Part shown: in pieces, positions 1 to 12,068 of the stretch
How positions within the stretch are numbered: the first letter of the stretch is position 1
Layout of the letters: each line of letters starts with the position of its first letter
Assembly: GCF_006345805.1 (NCBI RefSeq)
Contig: NC_043009.1
Span: forward strand, 12,400,001 to 12,464,000
Source: Octopus sinensis
Taxonomy: Eukaryota
Direction: 5' to 3'
Length of the DNA stretch: 64,000 nucleotides
Notes under the pieces: model-generated
Seen by the model: the letters and a program-made list of their open reading frames with translations, nothing else
The model's database searches: none
What the model was told of the DNA's origin: nothing
Program-made: the position numbers and the translations under genes

Positions 1-600
1 CGGTCTCGCACCATTTCCCCTCTACCGGTCAATCATTACAACACCCGCTTGTGTTCAGATTTTCTTTGCATTGGGGCCATCCGCACTCCCGCCTTCGTCA
101 TCAAATAATCTTCTCTCTTCGCTCTTTTGCTCTGCATGGGCTCAACTCTCCTCCCATCTTCATCTGACTCCTCTCCTCTCTTCATCTGACACCTACTTCC
201 TCTCTTCACTCCCACCCAACTTCTCTCTTCATTGATACCCCCTCCATCCACACTCCACCCCCAACATCCCACTCCCATATACCCAAACCATCGCCCCACA
301 CTACATCCTCATCTCCACGTCTTCACACCGCACCCAGATATTACAGACGCACACACACACACACACGTACACATTCATACACCAAAGTTACCAGCGCCTA
401 TCCACACACTCACTTACACATTCTCACACACACACACACGCACGCGCACATCCGTTTTGGGATCGCCAGTACTTTTTTATCTCCTCTTCTTCCTAGCTCT
501 CCTGTCAAATTATTTTTCCCAACCAGTTGCCATGATTGATCGCTAAATCCACAATTATTTATTTTTTTGTTATTCTCTTTCTGTTTATTTCCTCATATTC

Positions 601-636
601 CTTTCTGCTGAAGAGCATAGGCTCGAAACGTAAAAG
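601..636 (+). ncRNA. Minimal type-I hammerhead-like motif (core variant CUGCUGA) in a Penelope-like terminal repeat
   Basis: CTTT-CTGCTGA-A-GAGC(ATAG)GCTC-GAAAC-GTA-AAAG: stem I 4 bp, stem II 4 bp, A6 position replaced by C. Confidence 0.5.
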
Positions 637-937
637 ACTTTCTCACTTTCTTGAGTGTCAAACTAATACAAATAAAGTAAATTGTAAAAGAGTCAAATGG
701 AAGAGTAAGTACAGTTAGGCAGCTTTTTAATCGCTACAAACGTTTCGATACGTACAGATCCTCGTATATATAGGATTTAAAGTTAAGTTTGAATTACGTT
801 ATTTAACGATTTGCCTGTATAAGAAGATCTAGATGTGTCTCCTCAGTCGATAATCAGTTGCTGTCTCCGTAAGCAAAATTTAGATTTCCCTGCTACAACA
901 TCCATAAGAATACTACCGGCTATTTGGGAATTCTAAG

Positions 938-1187
938 GATGTTGGGGGGACAAACACACACACACACACATGCACACACACACACACACACGCATATATA
1001 TATATATATATACATACATATATACGACGAGCTTCAATCAGTTTCCGTCTACCAAGTCCACTCACAAAGCTTTGGTCGGCCCGAGGCTATAGTAGAAATC
1101 ACTTGCCCAAGGTGCCACGCAGTGGGACTGAGCCCGGAGCCATGTGGTTGGTAAGCTAGCTACTGACCACACAGCCACTCCTGCACC
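938..1187 (-). mobile_element. tRNA-derived CORE-like SINE, family A (3'-truncated)
   Basis: Reverse complement of head GGTGCAGGAGTGGCTGTGTGG...GGCACCTTGGGCAAGTG...GACGGAAACTGA plus internal (TA)/(TG) tract; same family recurs about 12 times in the window. Confidence 0.85.
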
Positions 1188-1252
1188 GATATATATATAT
1201 ATGTGTGTGTATGTGTGTGTTTGTGTGTGTGTGTTTGTGTGTGTGTGTGTTT

Positions 1253-1290
<38 letters not shown>

Positions 1291-1329
1291 ATATGATGGC
1301 TCTCCACTTGTGACCGAGAGAGACCATTG

Positions 1330-1545
1330 CCGACTTTCAGGAACATTCTACGCTCTAGGAGTTACTTATATTTTGCATTTGCGGCTCTGTTGGTGGCTAA
1401 TGAGCCCTGCTCTTGACAACCATACACAACTGCAAATATTACAGATCAAGCTTTCCCCATTCACTATACGACCCGTGCGCTTTCGCGCAGCTCGCTTAAG
1501 AAGTGTCTCTCTCAAAAGTGTCGATCCCTTCCTTAACCTGCTTCC
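1330..1545 (-). mobile_element. RTE-clade LINE 3' end fragment with one C2H2-like finger
   Basis: ORF 1366-1704 segment ...KRAARKR...CNICSCVWLSRAGLISHQQS, typical of an RTE C-terminus. Confidence 0.6.
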
Positions 1546-1899
1546 TCCATATATATATACATACATATATACATACATATATATATATACATATATAATA
1601 CAAAAATGGGATGAGAACGCAAAACATCCAGATAGGTAGGTGATACTAAAAAGGGACAACAAAACATCCAGATAGACGATAGAAAGTAAATAAGGACGCT
1701 TCATTCGGAGTTTTCTATCCTCAGTCGAGTTCCAGATTATCTTTGCAATTTCGGCAGGTTATACTCGAGATTATCCAATGTGGCCAGCCCCAAGGAAAAA
1801 CTAAGCTAAGAGCTCTAGATTCCTTGGAGGAAAGCAGCGAATGTATACGAAAACAACGACAGAAACGGTGAAATGGTACACAAATACAAACAATAGGAC

Positions 1900-2097
1900 T
1901 GCGTGTATGTGTGTCACTTGACAACACTAGTGTTTGTGTGTTTGCATTCCCGTAACATAGCGGTTCTGCCTGAGTGACCGATAGAATCATTACAAGGCTA
2001 AAAAGAATGTCCAAGGTGGGTTTGTTCGATTAAAAACCCTCCAAGATGGTGCTCCAGCATAGCCACAAATGACCGAAAGAAGTAAAAGATAAAAAGT
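1900..2097 (+). mobile_element. SINE family A, diverged 3' half
   Basis: cttgacaac...tagcggttc...gaccgatagaat...ggtgctccagcat...aagtaaaaga matches the family A tail. Confidence 0.65.
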
Positions 2098-2174
2098 ACA
2101 CATACCTACCTACCTACCTACCTACATACATACATACATACATACATACATACATACATACATACATTCATACA

Positions 2175-2815
2175 TGATGATGGCTTTTCCTCGTTATCGA
2201 GTATGGCCATTGCACGAAGCTTAACTGTTATTGGTGCTGTGATCGAATGTGACTTTTTAGCCCAGCTAAAGATCTACAATGTCTTGTACAGAAATGGCAG
2301 CTAAAACCTTTACCGGCAATGACCGGCTGTAGTTGTAACTGGGTTTCATATACCTTTGCATGTCGTTTAAGTCTTCCTGCCGAATTACACTCTCTTCCAC
2401 ATGCCCGATAGATATGATTAGTATGATGTGTTACACCACCACCGGTGGCCAGGTTGTCAATCATCTGTCTCATTTTATGACTACGAAGATGACTCTTGAG
2501 TCCAGCTTTACTGAGGCAGGATCTTGCACAGACATTGCATGTCAGAATCATAGGAAGACCGTTCCCTTCTGGAAGTGTAACAGCGATGCCCTTCCTGACA
2601 TCCCTCCTTACTTTCTCATGCGCAACTCGAGATTTCTCAAAAGTAGCTGTCCCCTCGTGCACAATCATTTCCCACCTGCTACGATCAATAGCTATGCCCT
2701 CCCATGTGTCAGGAGAGATGCAAGCATTTCTTAAGAAAGCCTTCAGCAAGTCCTTCTACCTCTTTTTTGGTTTATGCGGAGGTCCTTTTCCTTTAGCTAA
2801 ATCACCATAAAAGAG
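2175..2815 (-). mobile_element. RTE-clade LINE 3' end (5'-truncated) with three C2H2-like fingers
   Basis: GDLAKGKGPPHKPKKR..KDLLKAFL...TWEGIAIDRSRW...CNVCARSCLSKAGLKSHLRSH; ends in a (CAT)n tail next to (TACA)n. Confidence 0.8.
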
Positions 2816-2826
2816 TTGTTTTGGCA

Positions 2827-2860
<34 letters not shown>

Positions 2861-2950
2861 CATGCATGCATACATACATACATATATACTTACATAGATG
2901 CATACACACGTGAGCTTTCATTCATACATGTATATATCTATTTGTTTCAG

Positions 2951-3170
2951 GTTAGATTTTCAAGTTGGTGTTTGGGAGCAGGCTTCGACTGAGGAAATAG
3001 AAAGAAGTGACACGGAAGAGGAATCACAAAGAAGTGACACGGAAGAGGTAACACAAAGAAGTGACACGGAAGAGGAATCACAGAGAAGTGATACGGAAGA
3101 GGTAACACAAAGAAGTGACACGGAAGAGGAATCACAAAGAAGTGGCACGGAAGAGTTGTATCAAAAATAA
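2951..3170 (+). CDS. Terminal coding exon of paralog 1 (PAN-EGF-sushi secreted family): LDFQVGVW followed by acidic RSDTEE(ES/VT)Q repeats, then stop
   Basis: Acceptor tttgtttcag|g; first 25 nt nearly identical to exon 43857; same upstream intron module; TAA at 3168-3170 overlaps AATAAA. Confidence 0.75.
3003..3164 (+). repeat. Coding minisatellite, 6 x 27 bp (alternating 54-bp higher-order unit)
   Basis: agaagtgacacggaagaggaatcacaa alternates with agaagtgacacggaagaggtaacacaa. Confidence 0.95.
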
Positions 3171-3329
3171 AGTAGGACTGAAATTCATAACTCCTATCAA
3201 TAAATGGAACTGTGAATTGACTTCGTATAGGATAGTGAATTGAACATTTTGAGCAGTAAAGAAGAAACAAAAAACCTTTTAATTTCTTTTCAGTGTTAAA
3301 GTTGCCAGATCGCAATTTCAAAAAGTTTG

Positions 3330-4112
3330 GTCTCATATATTTATTTATTCTGTTATCTACGTTAAATATTTGCTCGGGAAGAAACCCGTTTTCTTCGACG
3401 ATCTTCTTCAATGTCGCAGGAAGTTCCGCTGCCGCGTGTTCGTCGCCTGATGCGCTTTTGCCTTGCTTTTTAAGGAAGTGATAAGTTGTCCGGTTTTTAA
3501 ATGTCATAAACCATCCTTGGCTCACCTTGAACTCTACATCTTACTCATCTGGATATTTTTTTTATTCGGGTCCTCGAACAAAGACAACGCTTTCTCCTGA
3601 ACAATTTCTTGACTAAGAGTAGCATTCTGACGATTCTGCCTATCAATACAATTAGATAAAAAAAACTTCCCATTTCTTCAAAGATTTTGCCTCTTTTATC
3701 GTTGATGACAGTAAGCTTCATCCCTAGAGCTTCAGCATCTTTTAGTATCTTTTCCCTAATGCTCAGTCGTCCATACAGTTGTCCGACGCATCTCCAACAG
3801 ATCGTGCGATCGCTGTTTTATCATCGCCAACTTATCGCGTTGCAGCGTGACGCTTAGCACTTTCACCTGGACTTTTCTTAGGAGGCAAGGAGGTAAGAAT
3901 TAAGCTACAAATCTGTGTAAATGAGAGAATCTAAACGATAAACAAACGTAGACAAATCTGAATTCAAAACAATCGCGGTAAATCACGACGACGCCTAACG
4001 GTAAATATTGGAACTACCAGTGCAATATAAGCCCCGAAAGACAACGCAGCTATTTCGTGCTTTAGTGAACTACGCTTCTCTCTTTATAGAGCGTATTTTA
4101 GCATTTACTGTA
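3330..4112 (-). mobile_element. pogo/Tigger transposase remnant
   Basis: SQGWFMTFKNRT...GKSASGDEHAAAELPATLKKIVEENGFLPEQIFNVD matches the Tigger CENP-B HTH/DDE start; boundaries approximate. Confidence 0.75.
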
Positions 4113-4280
4113 TTTTAATATGATTGTATACGCTTTTAATCTTATGTAATGTAACATGATTTAAGGTGCTTTTAATGTCTTTAAGTGTTTCATGATTCCA
4201 ATATCATTGGCATATCACCGTAAAGTCGAGTAAAACGGCTTGATTTTTACTTTCTTTTCTCTTTTTTATTTCTCTTTTAT

Positions 4281-4466
4281 CTCTTTTACTTGATTCAGTC
4301 ATTTGACTGCGGCCATGCTGAAGCACCGCCTTTAGTCGAGCAAATCGACACCAGGACTTATTGTTTGGAAGCTTAGTACTTATTCTATTGGTCTCTTTTG
4401 CCTAACCGCTAAGTTACGGGGACGTAACACACCACCATCGATTGTCAAGCGATGTTGTGGGGACAA

Positions 4467-4522
<56 letters not shown>

Positions 4523-4848
4523 ATATAATATATATATGTATATATATGTATATATATATGTATGTATATACATACAAAGACATATATATATACATATGTG
4601 TATACGTACATATACACACACAGATACATATGAATACTCACATACACACACACACACACACACCGCGCGCATATATATATACAGGGATACTTCAGCTTAA
4701 GACGCTTCGATTTAAGTTGTTCACGAAGATACGTCAGTTTTCAAAAATATATATTGTATAGGCGCAAGAGTGGCTATAGCCTCGAACCGACCAAAGCCTT
4801 GGGAGTGGATTTGTTAGACGGAAACTGAAGAAGCCCGTCGTATGTGTG

Positions 4849-4898
<50 letters not shown>

Positions 4899-5038
4899 AC
4901 ATATATATATACGACGGTCTTCTTTCAGTTTCCGTCTACTAAATCCACTCACAAGACTTTTGTCGGCCATGCAGTGGGAATGAACCCGGAACCATGTGGC
5001 TGGTAAGCACCTACTTACCACACAGCCACCCCTGCGCC
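4281..5038 (-). mobile_element. SINE family A copy disrupted by a local inverted duplication
   Basis: Tail at 4281-4470, head at 4912-5038, inverted partial head at 4760-4845. Confidence 0.75.
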
Positions 5039-5252
5039 TATAAAATATATTATTTTTGAAAACTGACATATCTTCGTGAATGACTTAAATCGAAACGACT
5101 TAAGCTGAAGTATCCCTGTATATATATGTTTATATATGCGTGTGTGTGCATATGTGTGTCTTCGTGTGAGTGTGTGTATGTATATGTATATATATGTCTT
5201 TGTGTGTACATATACATACATATATATATATATACATATATATATACATATA

Positions 5253-5303
<51 letters not shown>

Positions 5304-5505
5304 TATATATACATCTGTGTCTGTGTACCCCTGTATGTCCGTCTGTATATATATGCACGAACATAAGACTACTTGTCTAAGTACTAATCTTCCTCTGACT
5401 TTTTGCGTCTTTATAATATTATTTGTTTTTATTCGTTTCCTAAACTGATGCTTATATAACAAGCTAGCCGACACTAAAAATCTCTAGTGAGACATCTTTA
5501 TCAAT

Positions 5506-5550
5506 GTACTTGAAGAGACCCACATTGATGGGTCGAAATATATGTTGCAC
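5506..5550 (+). ncRNA. Degenerate type-I hammerhead-like motif
   Basis: GTAC-TTGAAGA-GACCC(ACATTGAT)GGGTC-GAAAT(ATAT)GTT-GCAC; C3U change and a mismatch in stem I. Confidence 0.4.
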
Positions 5551-6142
5551 CTAATAAAAGTCTAATACAAAATCCATCTACTCTTAATTAATTAATATTA
5601 TTACATATGAGTGTGTGTGCGTGCGTGTGTGTGCGCGTATACACTGTATAAATGCGAGTGTATGTGGTTATGTATGTATGTTTAGTCCCGAAAGAGGCCG
5701 GAGCGGTGTGCCCACGCGAGAAGTGAATTTCAGTTTCGAAATTTGCGTTCCAAACAAAATGTCGTCCGTAAATAACAATCATAATTTCCTACAAGAAATA
5801 ACTCAACTTTTACATCTACAAATCTCCCTTCTTTCTATCATCATCAATCTATATTATTTACCAGACTCTTTATCTTCCTTTATCTCTCTTTATTTCTCTC
5901 TCTTTCTCTCAGCCCTTTCTCGGTGCATATGTGTTGTGTCACGCATTGCTTTCATTTTGTTTAAAACTTCGTTTTCTAATGTTTTGCTTTCATTTTATCA
6001 CAGCTGTCACTAAAACTCCTGTTTTCTGATTGGGTAAAAATGACCAAAATTTAAACTACTCTAACAATCTTCTAAGATTCTTCAGGAATAAATAAATTAT
6101 AAACTCGTATTCAGTGTGAGAAAGTACGTCGTTAAGCCAAGT

Positions 6143-6362
6143 TTACTCTTTTACTTGTTTCAGTCATTTGACTGCGGTCATGCTGTAGCACCGATTTTAG
6201 TCGAGCAAATAACCCCAGGACTTATTTTTTAGAAACCTAGTACTTATTCTATCGGTCTCTTTTGCCGAATCGCTAAGCTACGGGGACGTAAACACACCAG
6301 CATCGGTTGTCAATCGATGTTGGGAGAAAACAAAGACACACAAACATATACATACACACACA

Positions 6363-6434
<72 letters not shown>

Positions 6435-6810
6435 TATATATATTTCAACAATTGAGGGCAAAATTAATTAATTATTAATCAATTTCACCAAGTGTTCAGT
6501 ATGCAAAGGGACCATTCAAGGCGAATTCAAATTATTACATTATATAAAAGGGCTTAGTAAAATAAATTACTTTGCCGCATAGTATGCGGCAAAGTAATTT
6601 ATTTTACTAAGCCCTTTTATATAATATATATATATATATATATACATATATATACGACGGGCTTCTTTCAGTTTCCGTCTACTAAATCCACTCACAAGGC
6701 TTTGGTCGTCCCGAGGCTATAGTAGAAGACACTTGCGCAAGGTGCCACACAGTGGGAATGAACCCGGAACCATGTGGCTGGTAAGCAAGCTACTTACCAC
6801 ACAGCCACTA
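6143..6810 (-). mobile_element. SINE family A with a palindromic insert in its central microsatellite
   Basis: Tail 6143-6345, head 6655-6810. Confidence 0.8.
6539..6625. repeat. Perfect palindrome, 43-bp arms, 1-nt spacer
   Basis: attatataaaagggcttagtaaaataaattactttgccgcata-g-tatgcggcaaagtaatttattttactaagcccttttatataat. Confidence 0.95.
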
Positions 6811-6968
6811 AACTTTGATTTAATTTTAAAATTTCAAAATCAGTGACAGCAACAGAAATAAACTCTCTGTTTGTCAATCTGTTTCATTTTTCGATTTTCT
6901 CATAGTAAACTTTTCTCCTTTCTATATTCATTTACCTCATTCTCTATATCAAAGTATATTACTCACGC

Positions 6969-7024
6969 TGAGTATGTATTGGGGCGTTTGTCAATGTGAG
7001 TATGTATTGGGGCGTTTGTCAATG
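6969..7024 (+). repeat. Tandem duplication 2 x 28 bp
   Basis: tgagtatgtattggggcgtttgtcaatg twice. Confidence 0.95.
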
Positions 7025-7479
7025 TAAGTGTGTAAAGAATTTCATTAAGGTGACAGTGTGACTAAAAACAATATGTAAAAGATGATTTGTCTTAATATTA
7101 TACTTTTCTGTTAGTAAATGTTTTTCTTACACACACACACACACAGATTCGCTTGATACGTGGTAAGGGATTAAAAATTTAAATTACATTTTGTTTTACT
7201 TGCTTAAATACCAGCAACTGACCATCGCATCATCATTCTAGAAAATGTGTTCATAGGAAGAAAAAATATTGAAAAACATCAATACACGGCACAGTGACAA
7301 AGAAACGAGTATGGTAGCAGATGGTCGTGGGATGAGCTAGAAATAATAGTTAAATCTCCCTTAAAACACACACCTATTCTCTTGAAAGTTATTTTGAAAT
7401 TATAATGAGAAACAAATTGCACATTCGATCTATCCATATTTTAAAACTGTGATTTTACAAAAATGGGAAAAAAACTGAA

Positions 7480-8030
7480 ATTTTAGGATTTATGAAGGGG
7501 TGGCGTTAATGAAAACTTTAAAAAATTTCACTATTGCTTTTAAATATGTTCATTTTCTCTTTCAAAATAGAGGAAATGAGGATTGTATTGGCGTGCGCCT
7601 TTTTCTTTCTCTTTCTAAAAACAACTCCAAGGCTTCTCTCATCGTTTTTAAGTGTGCAGTGTAAGAAAAGCGAAAAGTTATCCAAAATCGTACTGTGTTG
7701 GGGAGGGATGTTTGAAAACTTCAGAGATTTTCAAAATCTCCAATTGTTTTTTTTTTTTTTCTTTTTTTTCTTTTTTAAGTGTGAAGAGCAAAAAAAAAAC
7801 CAAAAAACTAAAGTTGGTCCGGAAGGAAGAGACGTGGGATTCAGAAAGTTTCAAAATTTCTAATCATAAAAAGATTTCCTTTATCATTTACAAGGGTGTA
7901 GTAAAAAAAACCCCTGAGAAATCCCCGTCAAACGGAGAAAATTCAACTTACGTGTGTGTGCTATTCTGAAAGTCTACCAAGGCATTCTATTGTGAAAATT
8001 ACCTGGCAACGACGGGATACTCAGCTACTG
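7480..8030 (+). mobile_element. Probable non-autonomous Helitron-like element
   Basis: 3' hairpin-like cctggcaacgacggg followed by ...cagctact; shares cccctga(g)aaatccccgt with the 39470 region; 5' boundary uncertain. Confidence 0.35.
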
Positions 8031-8035
8031 TGTGT

Positions 8036-8065
8036 ATAGATAGGTAGAAAGATAGATAGATAGAG

Positions 8066-8124
<59 letters not shown>

Positions 8125-8139
8125 AAGATAGATAGATAG

Positions 8140-8189
<50 letters not shown>

Positions 8190-8195
8190 CATACA

Positions 8196-8225
<30 letters not shown>
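8036..8225. repeat. Compound (GATA)n(CATA)n microsatellite
   Basis: Direct reading. Confidence 0.95.
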
Positions 8226-8226
<1 letters not shown>

Positions 8227-9639
8227 TTGTGTGTATATATATATATGTATGTGTGCGCGTACGAATGTACTTGTTTCACAGGGTTGTTAGTATGCAGGAG
8301 AAAGGTTTACATCTTAGACTGAGATTTGCAGAAAGTGAATATGGTTAGTACCAGTGGTTAATCGTCATCGATTCGTGGAATCATCTCCCCTTTAGATTAT
8401 TCGGTTTATACGTCAAACAATATCTTTATTAATGCCAAGTCGGCGTGTCGTCAGGATTAACATGGTAATGGATTAAATATATCTACTTATGGCCTCTTAC
8501 TTTTCGAGTTCAAATACCACTGATGTCAAACTTTAGATTTTCTTCTTTTCGGAATTGAAAACAAATTATCCATCATATCATATACTGTGAATGATTTGAC
8601 TAGCAATATCTTTGAAAGGATTCAAACTCCAACACAAAATAATGAGTTCTCGATAATGAATATCCTATTATATCATTCAACTACAGTAGTAGTTGAATAA
8701 TATTAAGGCCGCAATTTACTCACGCTCAGCATCTTTCCGAGCTTGTCGCTAATCTTGTTATCAACTAAATTGAACACCGTTAACATTTTTTAAGTGGACT
8801 GGTCCTTATCTACATTTTGGCGTAATAAAATTAAGATTTGATCCAGTCGAAAAAAGTTTACCTCAAAATTCGCAGCAACGTTATAGGAGAGTAATTACCG
8901 TGACCAATCATGTGTATATCTAAATATCTTTTTTATTTTAAAAACAAAATATATTTATTTTAGCTTCAATGATAGAAGAAAACATGAAGAATTTCATAGT
9001 TTTGTTCCTATGCAAAAAAAAATTGTATAAAAAAGTTGTGAGGTAAAATATCATAAAAAATATAAGGCCAAAAAATTAGATTTAAGTATAATTAACTTTT
9101 TTCTTTTAAAAACTAACTATATTTTAATTAAGCTTAAATGATAGAGCACAATTCCAGGAATTTTATGGTATCAATCTCATACAATGAAGTTTTAAAAGAA
9201 AAAAGTTATGGGAGTTTGTTTCTTAAATTTGAGAGTGATAATATAGGTCTATATTTTTTTTAATGAATATAGTTCTATAAGGGGCCTTTTAATATATGTC
9301 ACCGGTGTCATTGAGGTAAGGAAAAAATTATCAACGACACCGTTAATTGACACATTTGACACATTATTAATTAGCATAAAAGCATAGCCTGGAAAAAACA
9401 TGGAAAAATGCAAGCAAGAGAAATAATATTCTTAAGATTCTGGAAAATTACAGGACGAGTCATTACACTTGGAAAAGTTCAGGACAAGTTATTACATCTG
9501 GTAAAGTACAGAACAAGAAAATTTTCACTTAAAATATTGCAGCTAAGAATAAAAGTTGAATATTAAAGATTATTTCATCTTAATTAACAAAGCAACATTC
9601 TTGCTACATGGCCCGCCCATCACAGACAATATTTCAGGA

Positions 9640-12068
9640 CGGTCACCTCGGCGCTGCTGCGTTTCATTCTCTCCAAAATGGAGACATCGGTCACATAGTT
9701 ATTCTATTTGATATTCATCGGAGCTTCTGTTAGCGAAATCGCTCCAGTTTTTTACGTCACTTTGGTAAAGAGTCTCGGTTTCACAAGATTCGAGATCACG
9801 ACTGCTTGGTAGACACTCAATTTTGTTTTGTGGTTTAGATCTTTTTTATTAAAGACCCTTTTCGCAAGTCCACAAAACGCGGTGTGAGCCACTCTTAATC
9901 GGTTCTCCACGTCCTTTTTCGACGTGCATTTATTCGAAAGCAAACTTCCTAAGTATGAAAAGTGGTTGACTTTCTCCAGTGGCGTCTCCAAGATGGTAAT
10001 TTTGAGGTCTGGCGTTTCCTGACTTAGAACGGGTTGTGTCTGGATTTTTTACCTTTTGTTGTCTACTTTTGGACCAAACCGAGTGTAAGTATTGGTGTAG
10101 TTATTCACCGATTGTTGAAACTGTTCACTTGAGTGGCAGACCACTGCGTTGTCATCAACATACTGAAGTTCGGTGATCTTTTGCTTCCTGGTCTGTCTTC
10201 GTGACTTCAATCTGGCAAGGTTGAAATATCCTTCTGTACCTGATGTTAACTCCTAGATTGTCCGAAGGCTGTTCATGAAACATTGTTGCAAGGTACAGGG
10301 AGGAGAGAACAGGAGCCAAAACGCATCCTTGTTTTAATCCTCCAGTGATCGGGAAGTCTTCATACTGTTAGTTTTGATGGAAGAAGATTCCAGTCACACC
10401 GTCATGTAATCCCCGTATTAGGGAAATGAACTGATCGGGGCATCTGAAGTGTAGGAGGACCTTCCACATTGCAGGCCCTGGGACGGTATCAAAAGCCTTT
10501 TCGAGATCGTAGAAAAGAAAATAGAAAGGTTTTTATTGTTCTCTACTCTTTTCTTGTATTTGCCGAGTACGAAAGATCATGTCAGCAGTACCTCTGGATA
10601 GTCGAAATTCAGATAGTGATTCGAGTAGGACTTCCTCTGCGATGACTTGGAGACGATCCAGAAGGAGCCTTGAAAAGATTATCCCTGTGGTGGAGAGGGG
10701 TGAGATGCTACGATAGTTCCCACAAATATTTCCATTTCCTTTTTTGAAAATAGTGATGTTAAGAGCATCTTTGAGGTCTTTGGGAACAAGGTGGTTCTTC
10801 CACATTCGGAGAATCAATGTGAACAGACTGGTGTTTAATAGAAGTGCACCATGTTTTAGAAGTTTCCCAGGTATGTTGTCTGGTCCAGGAGACCTCCGCT
10901 GCTTCATGCAGTTGAGATTAATCTGGTAATCTTCTTTGGATAGTGACGAGTTCATCAAGTGTCGAGTTGGATGCATGGGTACGTTCTTCAAGAAATCTTC
11001 TGCCACTTTGGCGTCTTGGTTCAGAAGACTCGAGATGTGCTCTCTCCAGCGTTGATGGATATCTTGTGGGTCAGTCAGGATGGTATCGGAGTCTGCTGAT
11101 TGAAGAGACCCTGTTGATGATCTCACAGGCTCAAAAAGTTCCTTCGTTCCTCTGTAGAAGCGTCTGAGGTCACGAGCGTCAGCATAGCCTTGGAGTTCGA
11201 CGGCTTTTTGTTGCCGCCAGTTGTTCTGAATCTCTCTCAATTTTGTTTGCCATTGTCTTTTGCGGTCTTGATATCTCATCTTCTTGTACCGCGAACTTGG
11301 ACCTCGCTCATAAGAGAGGCTGGCTTGTCGTTTTGCATCAATCACCTGGCTGATTTCTTGATCATTGTCATCAAACTAGTCCTGATGTCTCCTTTTGCTG
11401 TACCCGAGGGTGTTTTCAGCCACTTCAGTGATAGTTTTTCGAAATATGCTCCATTCCTTATCCGTGTCCTGGTTGTCAGATGGGATGGATTGAAGGTGTT
11501 TGAGAACGGAAGATGCATAAAGGGAGCTGATCTCTGGGTTGTTAAGCTTCGATATATTAAAAGTTGTTTTTTTTCTAACTGGTTCTGTTCCTCCAGTCTT
11601 TGGTATGTTGTTAACCATTATTCGAAGGCGGATGATGACTGGACGATGCTTGCCCAGCAAACGTCAGCGCGCTGTTTGCCGTTCGCGTGATGAGGACGTT
11701 CTTTTTGTCTCCTTGCCGGATGATAGAGTAGTCCAGGAGCCGCCAATGTTCCGACCTGGGGTGCTTCCAGATGGGCTTGAAAAATATTTGGGAGTCGAAA
11801 TTGGGCGTTCGTAATGAAGAGTGTTTAGCGCACATCCCAAGGAGCAAGAGTCCATTTTCGTTACGGTTTTTGACTCCTTCTTTGTTAATAACATTCTCCC
11901 ATGGTCTGCTGTCTCTTCCCACACTTGCATTGAAGTCCCCGAGGAGGAGGAGCTTGTCATTTGGTGGTACATTAAGGATCAGGTTACTCAGCTGTTGGTA
12001 GCAGGTGTTTTCACATTGTCATTGTCATCAGGTGTAGGTGCGTAAGCAGAGATCAGTGTCATAAAGGT
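9640..12068 (-). mobile_element. RTE-clade LINE (APE endonuclease plus reverse transcriptase), degenerate and truncated
   Basis: TLISAYAPT and LGDFNASVG-type APE motifs; SPGPDNIP, NYRSISPLS, FRLSRGTADMIF, YDLEKAFD-type, QYVDDN-type and FSYLGS RT motifs; multiple frameshifts and stops. Confidence 0.92.

Noticed and set aside
536-718. ORF with an apparent signal peptide (MIAKSTIIYFF...)
   Set aside because: The hydrophobic stretch is a T-rich tract of a Penelope-like terminal repeat containing the hammerhead-like motif, and its donor phase does not fit exon 2951
3003-3164. Regular 27-bp repeats as a CRISPR-like array
   Set aside because: No unique spacers; it is an in-frame coding minisatellite in a eukaryotic exon
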